From contig CAWHAE010000012.1 in the NCBI GenBank assembly GCA_963827235.1, positions 96,001 through 160,000 on the forward strand: DNA of 64,000 nt, read 5' to 3'. Origin of the DNA: an uncultured bacterium. GTDB lineage: Bacteria > Chloroflexota > UBA5177 > JANWHV01. This document shows, piece after piece, positions 20,311 to 30,084 of the stretch (positions are counted from its first letter, which is position 1; every line of letters starts with the position of its first letter). The notes under the pieces are model-generated. The model did no database searches. It saw nothing but the letters and a program-made list of their open reading frames with translations, and was not told the origin of the DNA. The translations under genes were made by a program, and so were the position numbers.

Positions 20311-21372
20311 ATGGCATCGCAAAGAGGCGAAACCCGCCGCGGCCGGCACGGGCGTTTGCTCTGGAGAACTCTGCTGGGCACGAGTGCTTTGCTCGTCGTC
20401 GCGGTACTGGTCTGGCAAGGGATAACTGCGTCGGGCGCTCCCGACCCCACGGCGCCGCACACCGGCACATGGATGGCCGTTCTGGACACCGCCGTGCTCG
20501 TCTTCCGCGAGGGTTTGGAATGCGTACTGGTACTGTCCGCGATCACGGCCGGGCTCATGGGAGCCACGCAATCCTATCGCCGGCCAATCGGCGCCGGCGC
20601 CGCGGCCGGCTTTGTCGCCACACTTCTCACCTGGTTTGTTGCTGCCGGCATCGTCGCCGACCTGAGCCGCGACGTGCCGGCGCTGGCAATCCAGGCCTGG
20701 ACCGGCATGCTGGCGATCGTGGTGCTGCTCGTGGTGATGAACTGGTTCTTCCATAAGGTCTATTGGACCGGCTGGATCTCCTTCCACAATCGTCGCAAAC
20801 GCTCTCTGCTGCAGGACGCGAGCCGCGGCGACTCGTCGCGGGCGCGCGTGCTGTGGGGTCTGGCGCTGCTCGGCTTTGCCTCGCTCTACCGCGAAGGCTT
20901 CGAAGTGGTGCTGTTCCTGCAGAGCTACCGCCTGCAAATGGGCGACCGTGTCGTCCTCTTTGGCGCGCTCCTCGGCCTGCTTCTCTCCGGAATCGTGGCC
21001 GTGCTGACCTTCCTGGGTCACCATCACCTGCCGTACAAGAAGATGCTGATCTTGACCGGCGTGCTCCTGGCCATGGTGCTTGTCGTGATGGTGGGCGAGG
21101 AGATCGCCGAGATGCAGCAGGCGGGCTGGATCGGTGCCACGGCGATACCCTGGCTGGGTTGGCTGCCGGCGTGGTCCGGAACCTGGCTCTCGCTCTTTCC
21201 CAACTGGCAGACGGTAGGCGCGCAGGCGGCGGCTATGCTCCTGGTCCTGGGCAGCTACTTCCTGGCCCGTTACCAGGCGGTGCTGCTGCCGCTGAGACGC
21301 GGCCTGCGGCCATTCCACCTTCGCGAGGCACCTCCGGTCGAGGACGCCGGCGGTACCGTCGCCAGCACCTAA
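20311..21372 (+). CDS. FTR1/EfeU-family iron permease
   Basis: Two RExxE motifs (REGLE, REGFE), about 7-8 TM segments. Confidence 0.9.
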   Translation: MASQRGETRRGRHGRLLWRTLLGTSALLVVAVLVWQGITASGAPDPTAPHTGTWMAVLDTAVLVFREGLECVLVLSAITAGLMGATQSYRRPIGAGAAAGFVATLLTWFVAAGIVADLSRDVPALAIQAWTGMLAIVVLLVVMNWFFHKVYWTGWISFHNRRKRSLLQDASRGDSSRARVLWGLALLGFASLYREGFEVVLFLQSYRLQMGDRVVLFGALLGLLLSGIVAVLTFLGHHHLPYKKMLILTGVLLAMVLVVMVGEEIAEMQQAGWIGATAIPWLGWLPAWSGTWLSLFPNWQTVGAQAAAMLLVLGSYFLARYQAVLLPLRRGLRPFHLREAPPVEDAGGTVAST

Positions 21373-21592
21373 GCGGCGTGCCTGATATCCGATATCCCCA
21401 CCATCCTCGCAGCTGGAGGCTCATCGAGCTCGCCGTGCCGCGCAGTCAAGCGGGAAGCATCTCGAGCATTCGCCGACAGAGCCAGTATCCAGGTGTGCTC
21501 GCGCCTTGGTCGCCGGTGGCGCCCTCGCCGTGCAGGCGTCTATGCTGAGAGTAGCGCCGCCCTGAAAGCGCGCGGCGCGTACCGGGAGGCCG

Positions 21593-23425
21593 ATGCTCTT
21601 CCGGATCGGGCGCTCTGCCGGCATTGCCCATGCGGTCAGCGTGTGCGTGGAGGACTACCGGGGATATGATGCGAGGCACGCGGCTGCGCGCGCCGGCCCT
21701 GAGCCGAGCCTTGCCAGGCGTCGCGCCGGCGTCGCGCCGGCTGGGCCCGCCCTGTACGTGCTGCCCGCCGCCGTGGTCTACGCCCTGTTCGTGCTGTGGC
21801 CGCTGGCTCGCCTGGCATGGCTCTCGTTCGAGCGCTGGGATGGCTACGGAGCGGCGACGCCGGTGGGCCTCGCCAACTACCGGGGCCTGTTCGACGATCC
21901 GGGCTTCGGCCCCGAGCTGCAGCACAGCATCCTCTGGCTGGCGGTTACCCTCGTTTTTCCCGTCCTTGCCGGCCTCGGCCTGGCCCTTCTGACCGCCACC
22001 GCGCCCGCTCGCCTCGCCGCCGGCTGCCGCGCCCTGCTGCTCGTGCCGCTCCTGCTTCCCAGCGTGGTCATTGCCGTGATCTGGAAGCTGATCTACACGC
22101 CGCTGGACGGCTTCCTGAACGACCTTCTCCAGGCTACCGGACTGGGCATGCTGGCGCAGGACTGGCTCGGCGATCCCGGCCTGGCGCTCGACTCCTTGCT
22201 GGCGGCGTCGTGCTGGGCCTCCTTCGGCCTGAGCCTGCTGGTGTTCGGCGCCGCCATCGCCTCGCTGTCGCGCGAGACCCGGGAGGCGGCCGCGCTCGAC
22301 GGCGCCGGCGTCTGGTCGCGCTTTCGTCACCTCACGCTGCCCGAGCTGCGGCACGCGCTGCCTCTTGCCACCGTCGCCACAGCGCTCTGCGCGGTGCCGT
22401 CGTTCGACCTGGTTTCGCTGTTGACCAACGGCGGGCCCGGCTATGCCACGACGACACTCGATCTGGACATGGAGGGGCGGGCGTTCGGCCAGGGTCAGGT
22501 GGGAAGTGGCGCCGCACTGGCCTGCATCTCCGCCCTCTTCGGCCTGGCTCTCAGCCTGGCTGCTCTGGCGGTCGCTCGCGGCTACGAACAGTCCGGCCAG
22601 GACGGGGCCGCCACCTGGCTCGTCGAGCGGCGGGCGGGCGGTCGCGGCGCGTGGTTGGCGATCGCGGCCCTGGCGTTGGCCACCGTGCTGGTGCTCGTGC
22701 CCGTGTTATGGCTCGTGATCCGCGCCGGTCGCATGGATTGGGGCGAAACCGGCCCCTGGGCCAACGTGGTCACGGTGTGGTCCGGCGGATTCGGCACCGC
22801 TTTCCTGACCAGCACGCTGATCGGCTCCGCCACGGCCGTGGCTACCGTGGCCCTGGCCCTGCCCGCTGCTTTCGCGCTGCACCAGGCGCGCAGCCGTGCC
22901 GTGCAGGTCGCGGGCATTTCCCTGCTGGCGATCGGTCTCTTCCAGCCCGTACAGGTCCTGATCATCCCGCTGTTCTTCCTGTTGCAGGCCATGGGTCTGC
23001 TGAACTCGACCGTGGGCGTAGTCCTGCCCGAGATCGGGCGCGCCCTGCCGCTGGCCGCCTTGCTGCTGTGGGCGGCGCTCCGCGCCGTACCCAGATCCGT
23101 GCTGGAGGCCGCGACGGTGGATGGTGCCGCGCCGTGGCAGGTACTGTGGCGCGTAGCGGCGCCGCTGGCGGCGCCCATGCTCGCGGTCACGGCGGTGTGG
23201 GCGTTTCTGTCGAGCTGGAACGAGTACCTGCTGCCTACGGTCGTGCTGCAGGACGAGAGCCTGCAGACGGTGCCCATCGCGTTGGGGCACTTCATTGGGC
23301 GCATCGATACGCAGTACGCCCTGATCGCCACCGGCGCCCTGCTGGCGGCGGCACCGCTCCTGCTCATCTACGCCGTGGGTTACGGCGTGCTCAGCGCCGG
23401 GATACGTCGCCTGCGCGTTACATAG
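21593..23425 (+). CDS. Fused double carbohydrate-type ABC permease; start uncertain, possible 5' frameshift
   Basis: Two EAA loops (EAAALDGA, EAATVDGA), TNGGPG and SSWNEY motifs in one frame. Confidence 0.85.
   Translation: MLFRIGRSAGIAHAVSVCVEDYRGYDARHAAARAGPEPSLARRRAGVAPAGPALYVLPAAVVYALFVLWPLARLAWLSFERWDGYGAATPVGLANYRGLFDDPGFGPELQHSILWLAVTLVFPVLAGLGLALLTATAPARLAAGCRALLLVPLLLPSVVIAVIWKLIYTPLDGFLNDLLQATGLGMLAQDWLGDPGLALDSLLAASCWASFGLSLLVFGAAIASLSRETREAAALDGAGVWSRFRHLTLPELRHALPLATVATALCAVPSFDLVSLLTNGGPGYATTTLDLDMEGRAFGQGQVGSGAALACISALFGLALSLAALAVARGYEQSGQDGAATWLVERRAGGRGAWLAIAALALATVLVLVPVLWLVIRAGRMDWGETGPWANVVTVWSGGFGTAFLTSTLIGSATAVATVALALPAAFALHQARSRAVQVAGISLLAIGLFQPVQVLIIPLFFLLQAMGLLNSTVGVVLPEIGRALPLAALLLWAALRAVPRSVLEAATVDGAAPWQVLWRVAAPLAAPMLAVTAVWAFLSSWNEYLLPTVVLQDESLQTVPIALGHFIGRIDTQYALIATGALLAAAPLLLIYAVGYGVLSAGIRRLRVT
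21717..21741 (+). repeat. 11-bp tandem duplication GGCGTCGCGCC x2 (+GGC)
   Basis: Directly visible in the sequence. Confidence 0.8.
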
Positions 23426-23432
23426 CAGCTCG

Positions 23433-24281
23433 TCAGCCGACGTTCGAAGGCTGCACGGGATTCATGCTGCCGCTGCGAAATCCGTCCAGATCGAGGGTGA
23501 CAAACCGGTAGCCCAGACCGTGGAGCTGTTCGGCCAGCCGCGCGCGCACGGCGGGAGCGATCAGGCGCGGCAGATCATCGGGCATCACCTCGAGCCGAGC
23601 AATCTCGCCGTGCGTTCGCACGCGTACCTGCTCGAAGCCCTGGAGCCGCAGGATGCGCTCTGCCGCCTCGATGCGCCTGAGCGTGTCGACGTCGATGGCG
23701 GTGCCGTGCGGAATGCGCGACGAGAGACAGGCCATGGCGGGCTTGTTCCACGTTCGCAGGTGCAGACGTCGCGACAGGGCGCGGACCTCCTGCTTGGTGA
23801 GCTTTGCTTCCTGCAGCGGCGCGCGCGCGTGCCACTCACGGGCCGCCTGCTGGCCGGGGCGATAGTCGCCCAGGTCGTCCTCGTTGGCTCCGTAGGCCAC
23901 CCACGCCAGGCCGAGCCCGGTCGCCAGGGGGGCGAGCGTGGTGAACAGCTCCTGCTTGCAGTGGTAACAGCGATCGGGCCCGTTGGCGCGGAAGCCCTCG
24001 CGCTGCATCTCATTCGTGTGCACCATGCGCAGGTCGATGCCGATCTCCTGAGCCAGCGCCAGCGCGTCCGCGACCTCTGCCTCTGGAATGGTCTCGGACA
24101 CGGCAATGGCACCGATCGCGCGGTCGCCCAGCACGTCGTGGGCCGCGCGCAGCAGCAGGGCGCTATCCGCTCCACCGCTGAAAGCCACCAGAACCGACCG
24201 CATGTCCTGCAGGATCGCCTGCAGGGTCTCGTACTTGCCATCCAGGACGCTCGTGTCGACGCTAAGTGAAATCAGACTCAT
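23433..24281 (-). CDS. larE: NPN cofactor sulfur transferase LarE
   Basis: PP-loop AFSGGADS, RCYHCK, DYRPG, ACLSSRIP, GFRSGSMN. Confidence 0.93.
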   Translation of the reverse strand: MSLISLSVDTSVLDGKYETLQAILQDMRSVLVAFSGGADSALLLRAAHDVLGDRAIGAIAVSETIPEAEVADALALAQEIGIDLRMVHTNEMQREGFRANGPDRCYHCKQELFTTLAPLATGLGLAWVAYGANEDDLGDYRPGQQAAREWHARAPLQEAKLTKQEVRALSRRLHLRTWNKPAMACLSSRIPHGTAIDVDTLRRIEAAERILRLQGFEQVRVRTHGEIARLEVMPDDLPRLIAPAVRARLAEQLHGLGYRFVTLDLDGFRSGSMNPVQPSNVG

Positions 24282-25489
24282 GTCTCCGTATCCTCGCACT
24301 CGCATTCTGTGCCCAGCAGCGGAAAGGCTGCCGCCTGCGCGGCATTGGCTACCGCGCCGAGGCTGACCCCGGCCTGTCGCGCCAGTGCACGGCAGTCCTC
24401 GTATTCGGGCGCGGCCTGAGTGATCCGCCCGCCGGAGATGCGCAGCTTGACCGGCAAGCTGCCGTACGGCGTCTCGACCGTGGCGAAAGAGCGCCGGGCC
24501 GCCCGCCTGAACACCATGTGTTGCCGCACGCCCAGCGTCGTCGTTTCCAGCAGCAGAAGGTCGGTGAGCGGTACCGCGTCTGCTTCCCGGCACAATACGT
24601 TCAGCACGTGCCCCGGGCGTCCCTTCTTCATCAAAGCCGGCGCGCAGGTAACGTCGAGCGCGCCGCGGGCCAGCAGCAGCTCGAAGAGGTTGCCGTACCA
24701 CTGCGGATTCATGTCGTCGATGTTGCAGCCCAGCATGACCAGCCGCTCGTCCCGTCCGTCCCGGCTTCCAGCTGCCGGCGTGCCCACGGTCAGCCGCAGC
24801 ACGTTGGGCTCCGGCCGGGAGCGGCTGCCGGCGCCGTAGCCCACCACATGCGGGCGCATTGCCGGCCTCTCGAAGCGCGCCAGCGTCGTGAGGATCGCGG
24901 CACCCGTGGGGGTCAGCAGCTCGAGGGTGGACGGGTGCGGATAGGTCGGCGCCTGGGCACTTGCCAGGAGCTCGAGCGAGGCCGGCGCCGGCAGCGGCAA
25001 CACACCGTGCGCGCTGATCACGCTGCCGCCGCTGTTGAGCGGAAGAGGAGCGCTGTACAGAGTGTCCACACCCAGAAGGGCAAGGCCCGTTGCCACGCCG
25101 CATATGTCTACGATGGCATCCAGCGCTCCCACCTCGTGGAAATGCACCTCCTCGATCGGGATGCGATGCACCCGCGCCTCCGCTTGGGCCAGCCTGGTGA
25201 AAATCGCGCGTGCCTGGCAGGCTGCCGGGGGCGGCAGGCTGCCCGCGTCGATGCAACGCAGGATGCCGGCCAGCTGCCTGTGCGCCGGGTCGGGCTCTTC
25301 CGCGATCACCCGGACAAGGGCGGCGCCGATGGCACCGCGTTGCACGGGCTCCACCTCCAGGCGCCAGGCTGGCAAAGGCAGCGTATGCAGCGCCTCGGCA
25401 AGAGCCGGCAGGGACAGCCCGGCGTCGAGGAGGGCGCCCAGCAGCATGTCGCCGCTGGCGCCGCTGAATGGCTCGATGAAGGCGATCAC
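24278..25489 (-). CDS. larC: Nickel insertase LarC
   Basis: SGASGDMLLGAL, VHFHEVGALDAIVD, TPTGAA, NIDD, MKKGRPG, ETTTLGVR, PEYED. Confidence 0.93.
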   Translation of the reverse strand: MIAFIEPFSGASGDMLLGALLDAGLSLPALAEALHTLPLPAWRLEVEPVQRGAIGAALVRVIAEEPDPAHRQLAGILRCIDAGSLPPPAACQARAIFTRLAQAEARVHRIPIEEVHFHEVGALDAIVDICGVATGLALLGVDTLYSAPLPLNSGGSVISAHGVLPLPAPASLELLASAQAPTYPHPSTLELLTPTGAAILTTLARFERPAMRPHVVGYGAGSRSRPEPNVLRLTVGTPAAGSRDGRDERLVMLGCNIDDMNPQWYGNLFELLLARGALDVTCAPALMKKGRPGHVLNVLCREADAVPLTDLLLLETTTLGVRQHMVFRRAARRSFATVETPYGSLPVKLRISGGRITQAAPEYEDCRALARQAGVSLGAVANAAQAAAFPLLGTECECEDTET

Positions 25490-26247
25490 CAGGCCGGCGC
25501 TCCCATCGCGTTGATCAATGCCGCCATGCGGCCGGCGCCGAAGCCGTTGTCGATGTTCACCACTGCGACACCCGGCGCGCACGAGTTCAGCATGGCCAGC
25601 AGCGCCGCCACGCCGCCGAAGCTGGCGCCGTAGCCGGCGGAGGTCGGCACGGCGATCACGGGCGCGCGCACCAGGCCTGCCACCACGCTGGGCAGCGCAC
25701 CCTCCATGCCCGCCACGACGACGAGCACTCTGGCTTTCTGCAGCCCGGGCAGCACGTCCAGCAGGCGATGAAGGCCGGCCACGCCCACGTCGAACAGGCG
25801 CTCGACCGATTGCCCGAGCATCTCTGCCGTCACGGCCGCCTCCTCCGCCACCGGCACGTCCACCGTGCCCGCCGTGAGCAGCATGATACCGGGCTTGCCC
25901 GGCGGCTCGTCCGGCGGGCGCACGGTAATCGTGCGGGCCACGGGGTGAAACACGGCCGCCGGCAGGGCCAGACAGGCGGCCTCCGCCTGTTCCGCGGTAG
26001 CGCGGGTAGCAAGCACGTGGCTGTGACTCTCGGCCAGCCGGCCCATGATCGTGGCCACCTGCTTCGGCGTCTTGCCCGGGCAGTAGACGACTTCCGGCAT
26101 GCCGGTACGCACCTGGCGATGGATATCAAGTCGTACGTCGCCGTGATCTTCGAACGGTAGCAGCCGCAGCAGCTCCACCGCCTCGTCTTCGCTGAGCGCG
26201 CCGGCCCTCACCTCGCCCAGCAGGGCGCGCAGGCGTTCCTCATCCAT
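25486..26247 (-). CDS. larB: NaAD carboxylase/hydrolase LarB
   Basis: PEVVYCPGKT, DVGVAGLHRL, AGMEGALPSVV, VPTSAGYG, VVNIDNGFGA. Confidence 0.95.
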   Translation of the reverse strand: MDEERLRALLGEVRAGALSEDEAVELLRLLPFEDHGDVRLDIHRQVRTGMPEVVYCPGKTPKQVATIMGRLAESHSHVLATRATAEQAEAACLALPAAVFHPVARTITVRPPDEPPGKPGIMLLTAGTVDVPVAEEAAVTAEMLGQSVERLFDVGVAGLHRLLDVLPGLQKARVLVVVAGMEGALPSVVAGLVRAPVIAVPTSAGYGASFGGVAALLAMLNSCAPGVAVVNIDNGFGAGRMAALINAMGAPAW

Positions 26248-26380
26248 GCTGCCCCGGGCCGTTCTCCGCAGTGGTCGTCATGGTCTCTAGGGTAGCACAT
26301 GGGCCGGTGCGTGCCCGCAGCCCCTCCGGACCGGCGGCGTACCTGAGCTCCGGTCCTGTTGGCGAATGGGCGAGCCGGCG

Positions 26381-27397
26381 TCACCCCGCCTGCCTTAGTC
26401 CGGCATCAGTCTTGCGACCTGGGCGGAGCCGGAGCGCGATGGCTATGAGGAGGATGCAGAGCCCGCCGCCGGCGCCGGCCAGCAGACCGCTCACGGGGAG
26501 TGCGGAAGAGGGCGACGAGCTCGAGCGGGCGACCGGCGCGCTGGCGGAGCGCGCGCTGCGCTGAGACGAGGACAATCCGGCCTGCCGCGCTACGGCCGGT
26601 GCTCGGGCACCGCTGCCGAGCTGCGACGAGCGCGCAAACGACGACGAGAGGTCCGCCGGGGTGCTCGACGCGCCCGGCGTCGCGGCGCCTCCGGTGCCCA
26701 TCATCCTCGGCACCGAGACGGCCAGGTTCTGGATTACCGACTGCCAGGAGACGGTCGCCAGCGTGGCTCCTCCTGCCTCGAGGACCGTCGCGGCGGCAGG
26801 CGTCACGCCGTCCGTGGCGCGGAGGTCGCCGGTCACGCTGAGGGAGTTGCCGACGGCGAAACTGCCGAGCATGGTGAGCGCGGGCTCCCCGGCCGGCGCA
26901 CCCGTACGCGCCAGCGAGAGGGCGAGATGGACCGTGTTGTCGAAGAACGCTTCGGCGAGCACGCTACCCCAGAAGGCAATCCGGCCGTCGCCGCCCACCA
27001 GTGCCGCCTTTCCCTGGAAGAAGCCCGCCAGCGAGGTAGCCACCTGATCGGGGTGCAAGAGGTCGGGTAGCTCCGGGGCCGTGCGCGGCAGGAAGTTCTC
27101 GAGGTACATGGAGAGCACGAGCTTGAGATCCCGGTAGCCGGCCGGTCCGGCGACGCGAACCGTGGCCGAGATCACCGCGCGGTCCAGCGGATCGCCGTCC
27201 GGCTCGAAACCGACCTGGTCGAAGACGACGAATTTGCCCTGCAGGTGCGCCTGGAGCGCCGGAGCTGCCTTGCCGGCGAAGGCACTTCCCGATTGCAGCA
27301 GCATGACAAGGCAGACGCACGCCCACGTGGCGAGCCGCTGGGCTCGCCCCTGGGCGCGCATCCGCTCGAGCGTGGTGAGCATAGGGGGTTTAGCCAC
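26381..27397 (-). CDS. Hypothetical exported protein with LPxSG sorting signal-like C-terminus
   Basis: N-terminal signal peptide, Ser/Ala linker, LPVSG followed by a hydrophobic helix and basic tail (RLRPGRK). Confidence 0.7.
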   Translation of the reverse strand: MAKPPMLTTLERMRAQGRAQRLATWACVCLVMLLQSGSAFAGKAAPALQAHLQGKFVVFDQVGFEPDGDPLDRAVISATVRVAGPAGYRDLKLVLSMYLENFLPRTAPELPDLLHPDQVATSLAGFFQGKAALVGGDGRIAFWGSVLAEAFFDNTVHLALSLARTGAPAGEPALTMLGSFAVGNSLSVTGDLRATDGVTPAAATVLEAGGATLATVSWQSVIQNLAVSVPRMMGTGGAATPGASSTPADLSSSFARSSQLGSGARAPAVARQAGLSSSQRSARSASAPVARSSSSPSSALPVSGLLAGAGGGLCILLIAIALRLRPGRKTDAGLRQAG

Positions 27398-27437
27398 GTC
27401 TTCTCGCTAGACAGGCGGCCTGCCGCCATCCACGTGC

Positions 27438-27481
27438 ATCGTACCAGCCGCGCATTAAGCCCACGTTAAGCACATCGTTAG
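27438..27481 (-). promoter_or_regulatory. Phased TTAA direct repeats plus extended -10 (PhoP/PhoB-family-like promoter)
   Basis: Minus strand reads CTTAAC-N5-CTTAAT-N10-TACGAT with TGn before the -10. Confidence 0.6.
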
Positions 27482-27531
27482 CGCAGCCCCGAATGTCCAA
27501 TACGAAGCTCTGCCTTGTGTGGACGTGCTGA

Positions 27532-27586
27532 TTTAACGCGCCCTTCAACTCTTCTTAAAGCACGCTTAACACTATCGTGCTACCGT
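27532..27586 (+). promoter_or_regulatory. Four 11-bp-phased half-sites plus extended -10 upstream of the phosphoesterase gene
   Basis: TTAAC (27533), TTCAA (27544), TTAAA (27555), TTAAC (27566), then 10 nt, then TACCGT preceded by TGn. Confidence 0.65.
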
Positions 27587-27962
27587 CAGAACTGGCCGCG
27601 CACGGGAAGTGCCGGCACGCGTCGCACGGGCGATGCCGCCCGGCAGGCGTGACAGGTGGGTTGATCGGCTGGTTGGCAGCCTTCTATTTGGGTTGCCGGC
27701 AGGATACCACAGGCAACCGTGGCCGCAGCGCCGGCAGTCGCCACGCGGCGCTGGCGCTTACCACGCTTGGTGTGGGAGGCACGATCCGTGGTACCGGCTC
27801 CGCGGATGAGGCCGGTGCCCCATGCCCTGGCCGCGTCCTTCGCGGGCATGGCAGCCGGTTGCTGCTTCCGCGAGCAATCACGGGGGGGTTCTCGCCGCCC
27901 GTGGGGAGACATTCGTGCCTCGAGACCTGAAGGTCGATGAGTTCCTAGGAGAGGGGATCACC

Positions 27963-29906
27963 TTGTATAGGTTCAGGCTTCTCGCCCTGCTCGGCGCGGC
28001 CGCGCTGGTGGCCAATGCTTCGGGCCTTTCGGCGCGGGCAAGCGCGCGCAGTGGAGCCACCGCCGCGGTGCAGCCGTCCGCGCTGTCTGGTGCCGCGCTC
28101 AGCGACGAAATCAGCCAGTTGCGCTCCAAGGTCAAATACGTGTTCGTGCTGTATCAGGAGAATCGGTCCTTCGATTCCTACTTTGGCACCTTCCCGGGCG
28201 CCAACGGCATCTACTCGCAGCCGGCCTCGCAGACACCCGGGTACACGCAGCCGATCACGGACACCAACGGCACCGTCACCACCATCAAGCCGTTCCGCAT
28301 CGGTCCGGACCAGTACGCCGCCGATACCGACGATATCGATCACAGCCACCCGCGCATCGTCGCCAAAATGGACTTGGTGCAGAGCCAGCCGAAGATGGAC
28401 AGGTTTGCCCAGGTCGAGGAGGCGAAGTATGTCGCGGCAGGCAAGCCGATCCTCACTGCCAAGCAGATGGGCGAGCTTGCCATGGCCTATGAGGACTGCG
28501 ACACCGTGCCGTTGCTCTGGAACTATGCCAGCCGCTTCACGCTGTTCGACAACGTCTTCCAGGACATGACCGGTCCTTCAACTCCCGGCAACCTCACGAT
28601 CATTGCCGCGCAGTCCGGTCTCACGCAGTTCGTCTTGCACCCCAGTGAGGCCTACACGGGAAACGGCAGCAGCGGCTCCGGCGTGCCTGTGCTCAACGAC
28701 GCCGATCCCTTCTGGGGCTCGCAGCTCGACAAGAGCGCCAATCCCTTGCCGGTCAATCCCAGCGATTTCTCTGGCACCCCCAAGGCCGAGTATTCCACGC
28801 AGATCAACCTGACATTCGCCTCGCTGCCCCTCACCCTCGCCGGCTCCAGTCTGCCCGGTCTGGTGAAGACCGACCGCAGCCCGTCGACAGATCTGGCCGA
28901 CGTTCATCAGGACGTGACGGCGATTGGCGCCGGCAAGCTGGCCTCGGTTCCCTGGGGTTGGTACGAGGAAGGCTACGATCGGGAGCCCACCGATCCCAAC
29001 ACCGGCCCGACCGACGCCAACGGCACGCACGCCTCGTACATCACGCATCACAACGGGCCGCAATACTTCGGCTACATTGCCAACAACCCCAACATGTCGA
29101 GCAACCTGCATGGCCTGGAGGACATGTTCAACGCGCTCGACAATCACACGTTGCCTTCTCAGGGCGGCGTCTTCTACGTCAAGGGCGGCTACCAGAACAT
29201 CCTGGGCCTCAAGCCTGCCGACCCTGACCCGGCCGTGCAGAAGAACTTCCTGGGCGACGACGATCACCCCGCGTATTCCGACGCCCAGATCAGCGAGGCG
29301 CTGGTGGCCAGCACGATCAACAAGATCGCGGCCAGCCCCTACTGGAGCCAGAGCGCCATCATCCTCACCTGGGACGACTCCGAAGGCGACTACGACCACG
29401 TGCCTCCTCCGTCCGTCGCCGCCGGCCCCAACAGCCAGGATGTCAGTCTCGGGCCCCGTGTGCCGCTCCTGGTCATCTCGCCGTATGCCCGTACCCACTA
29501 CATCTCCCACCAGCAGGGCAGCCAGTCATCCGTGGTGAAGTTCGTGGATGAGCTGTTCAACCTGACGCCGCTGGCCAAGCTGCCGGACGAGCTCGGCGCC
29601 CGCGTGACCGGCAAGCAGAAATATGGGCTGGACAACATGGGCCCCATGGACGCCCTCACGCCCGGCATCGGCGACCTGCTTTCCGCCTTCGATCCGGCCC
29701 GCCTGGCCGGACGCGCGGCGCCCCTGCCGGCGTCATACGTTGAGGTGCCGCAGAGCCTGATCACGACTCTGCCGCAGCAGAGCGGCTACGGCTGCAAGGA
29801 CCTGGGCATCGTGCCTACCGACCAGGAGCTGGGCATCAGCAACCCGATCCCGCCGGACTTCAACGCGCGGCCGCTCACCGATCCCAGTGTGAAGGCTAAG
29901 AGCTGA
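27963..29906 (+). CDS. Secreted phosphoesterase / phospholipase C / AcpA-type acid phosphatase
   Basis: QENRSFDSYFGTFPG, GPSTPG, DDHP, TWDDSEGDYDHVPPP, GPRVPLLVISPYA. Signal peptide. TTG start after GAGAGGGG. Confidence 0.9.
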   Translation: MYRFRLLALLGAAALVANASGLSARASARSGATAAVQPSALSGAALSDEISQLRSKVKYVFVLYQENRSFDSYFGTFPGANGIYSQPASQTPGYTQPITDTNGTVTTIKPFRIGPDQYAADTDDIDHSHPRIVAKMDLVQSQPKMDRFAQVEEAKYVAAGKPILTAKQMGELAMAYEDCDTVPLLWNYASRFTLFDNVFQDMTGPSTPGNLTIIAAQSGLTQFVLHPSEAYTGNGSSGSGVPVLNDADPFWGSQLDKSANPLPVNPSDFSGTPKAEYSTQINLTFASLPLTLAGSSLPGLVKTDRSPSTDLADVHQDVTAIGAGKLASVPWGWYEEGYDREPTDPNTGPTDANGTHASYITHHNGPQYFGYIANNPNMSSNLHGLEDMFNALDNHTLPSQGGVFYVKGGYQNILGLKPADPDPAVQKNFLGDDDHPAYSDAQISEALVASTINKIAASPYWSQSAIILTWDDSEGDYDHVPPPSVAAGPNSQDVSLGPRVPLLVISPYARTHYISHQQGSQSSVVKFVDELFNLTPLAKLPDELGARVTGKQKYGLDNMGPMDALTPGIGDLLSAFDPARLAGRAAPLPASYVEVPQSLITTLPQQSGYGCKDLGIVPTDQELGISNPIPPDFNARPLTDPSVKAKS

Positions 29907-30084
29907 GCCCCGACTTCGATCCCAGGGCGAGGCAAATGGGCGCCGGATATACGTGCATCCGGCGCCCATGCGCTTGTCCGCCGGCCCGGCTCCGTCATTG
30001 CCGGGTGGAGAAGCGGAAGTAGGCGCCTACCCAAGGCAGAATCGATGGATAATTGAGTAGAGGCATTGCGGGAAAGGATTTGGT

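Noticed and set aside
23433-25256. Apparent 607-aa LarE with a long N-terminal extension
   Set aside because: The extension is an off-frame overlap with larC. The real start is ATG 24281, coupled to the larC stop.
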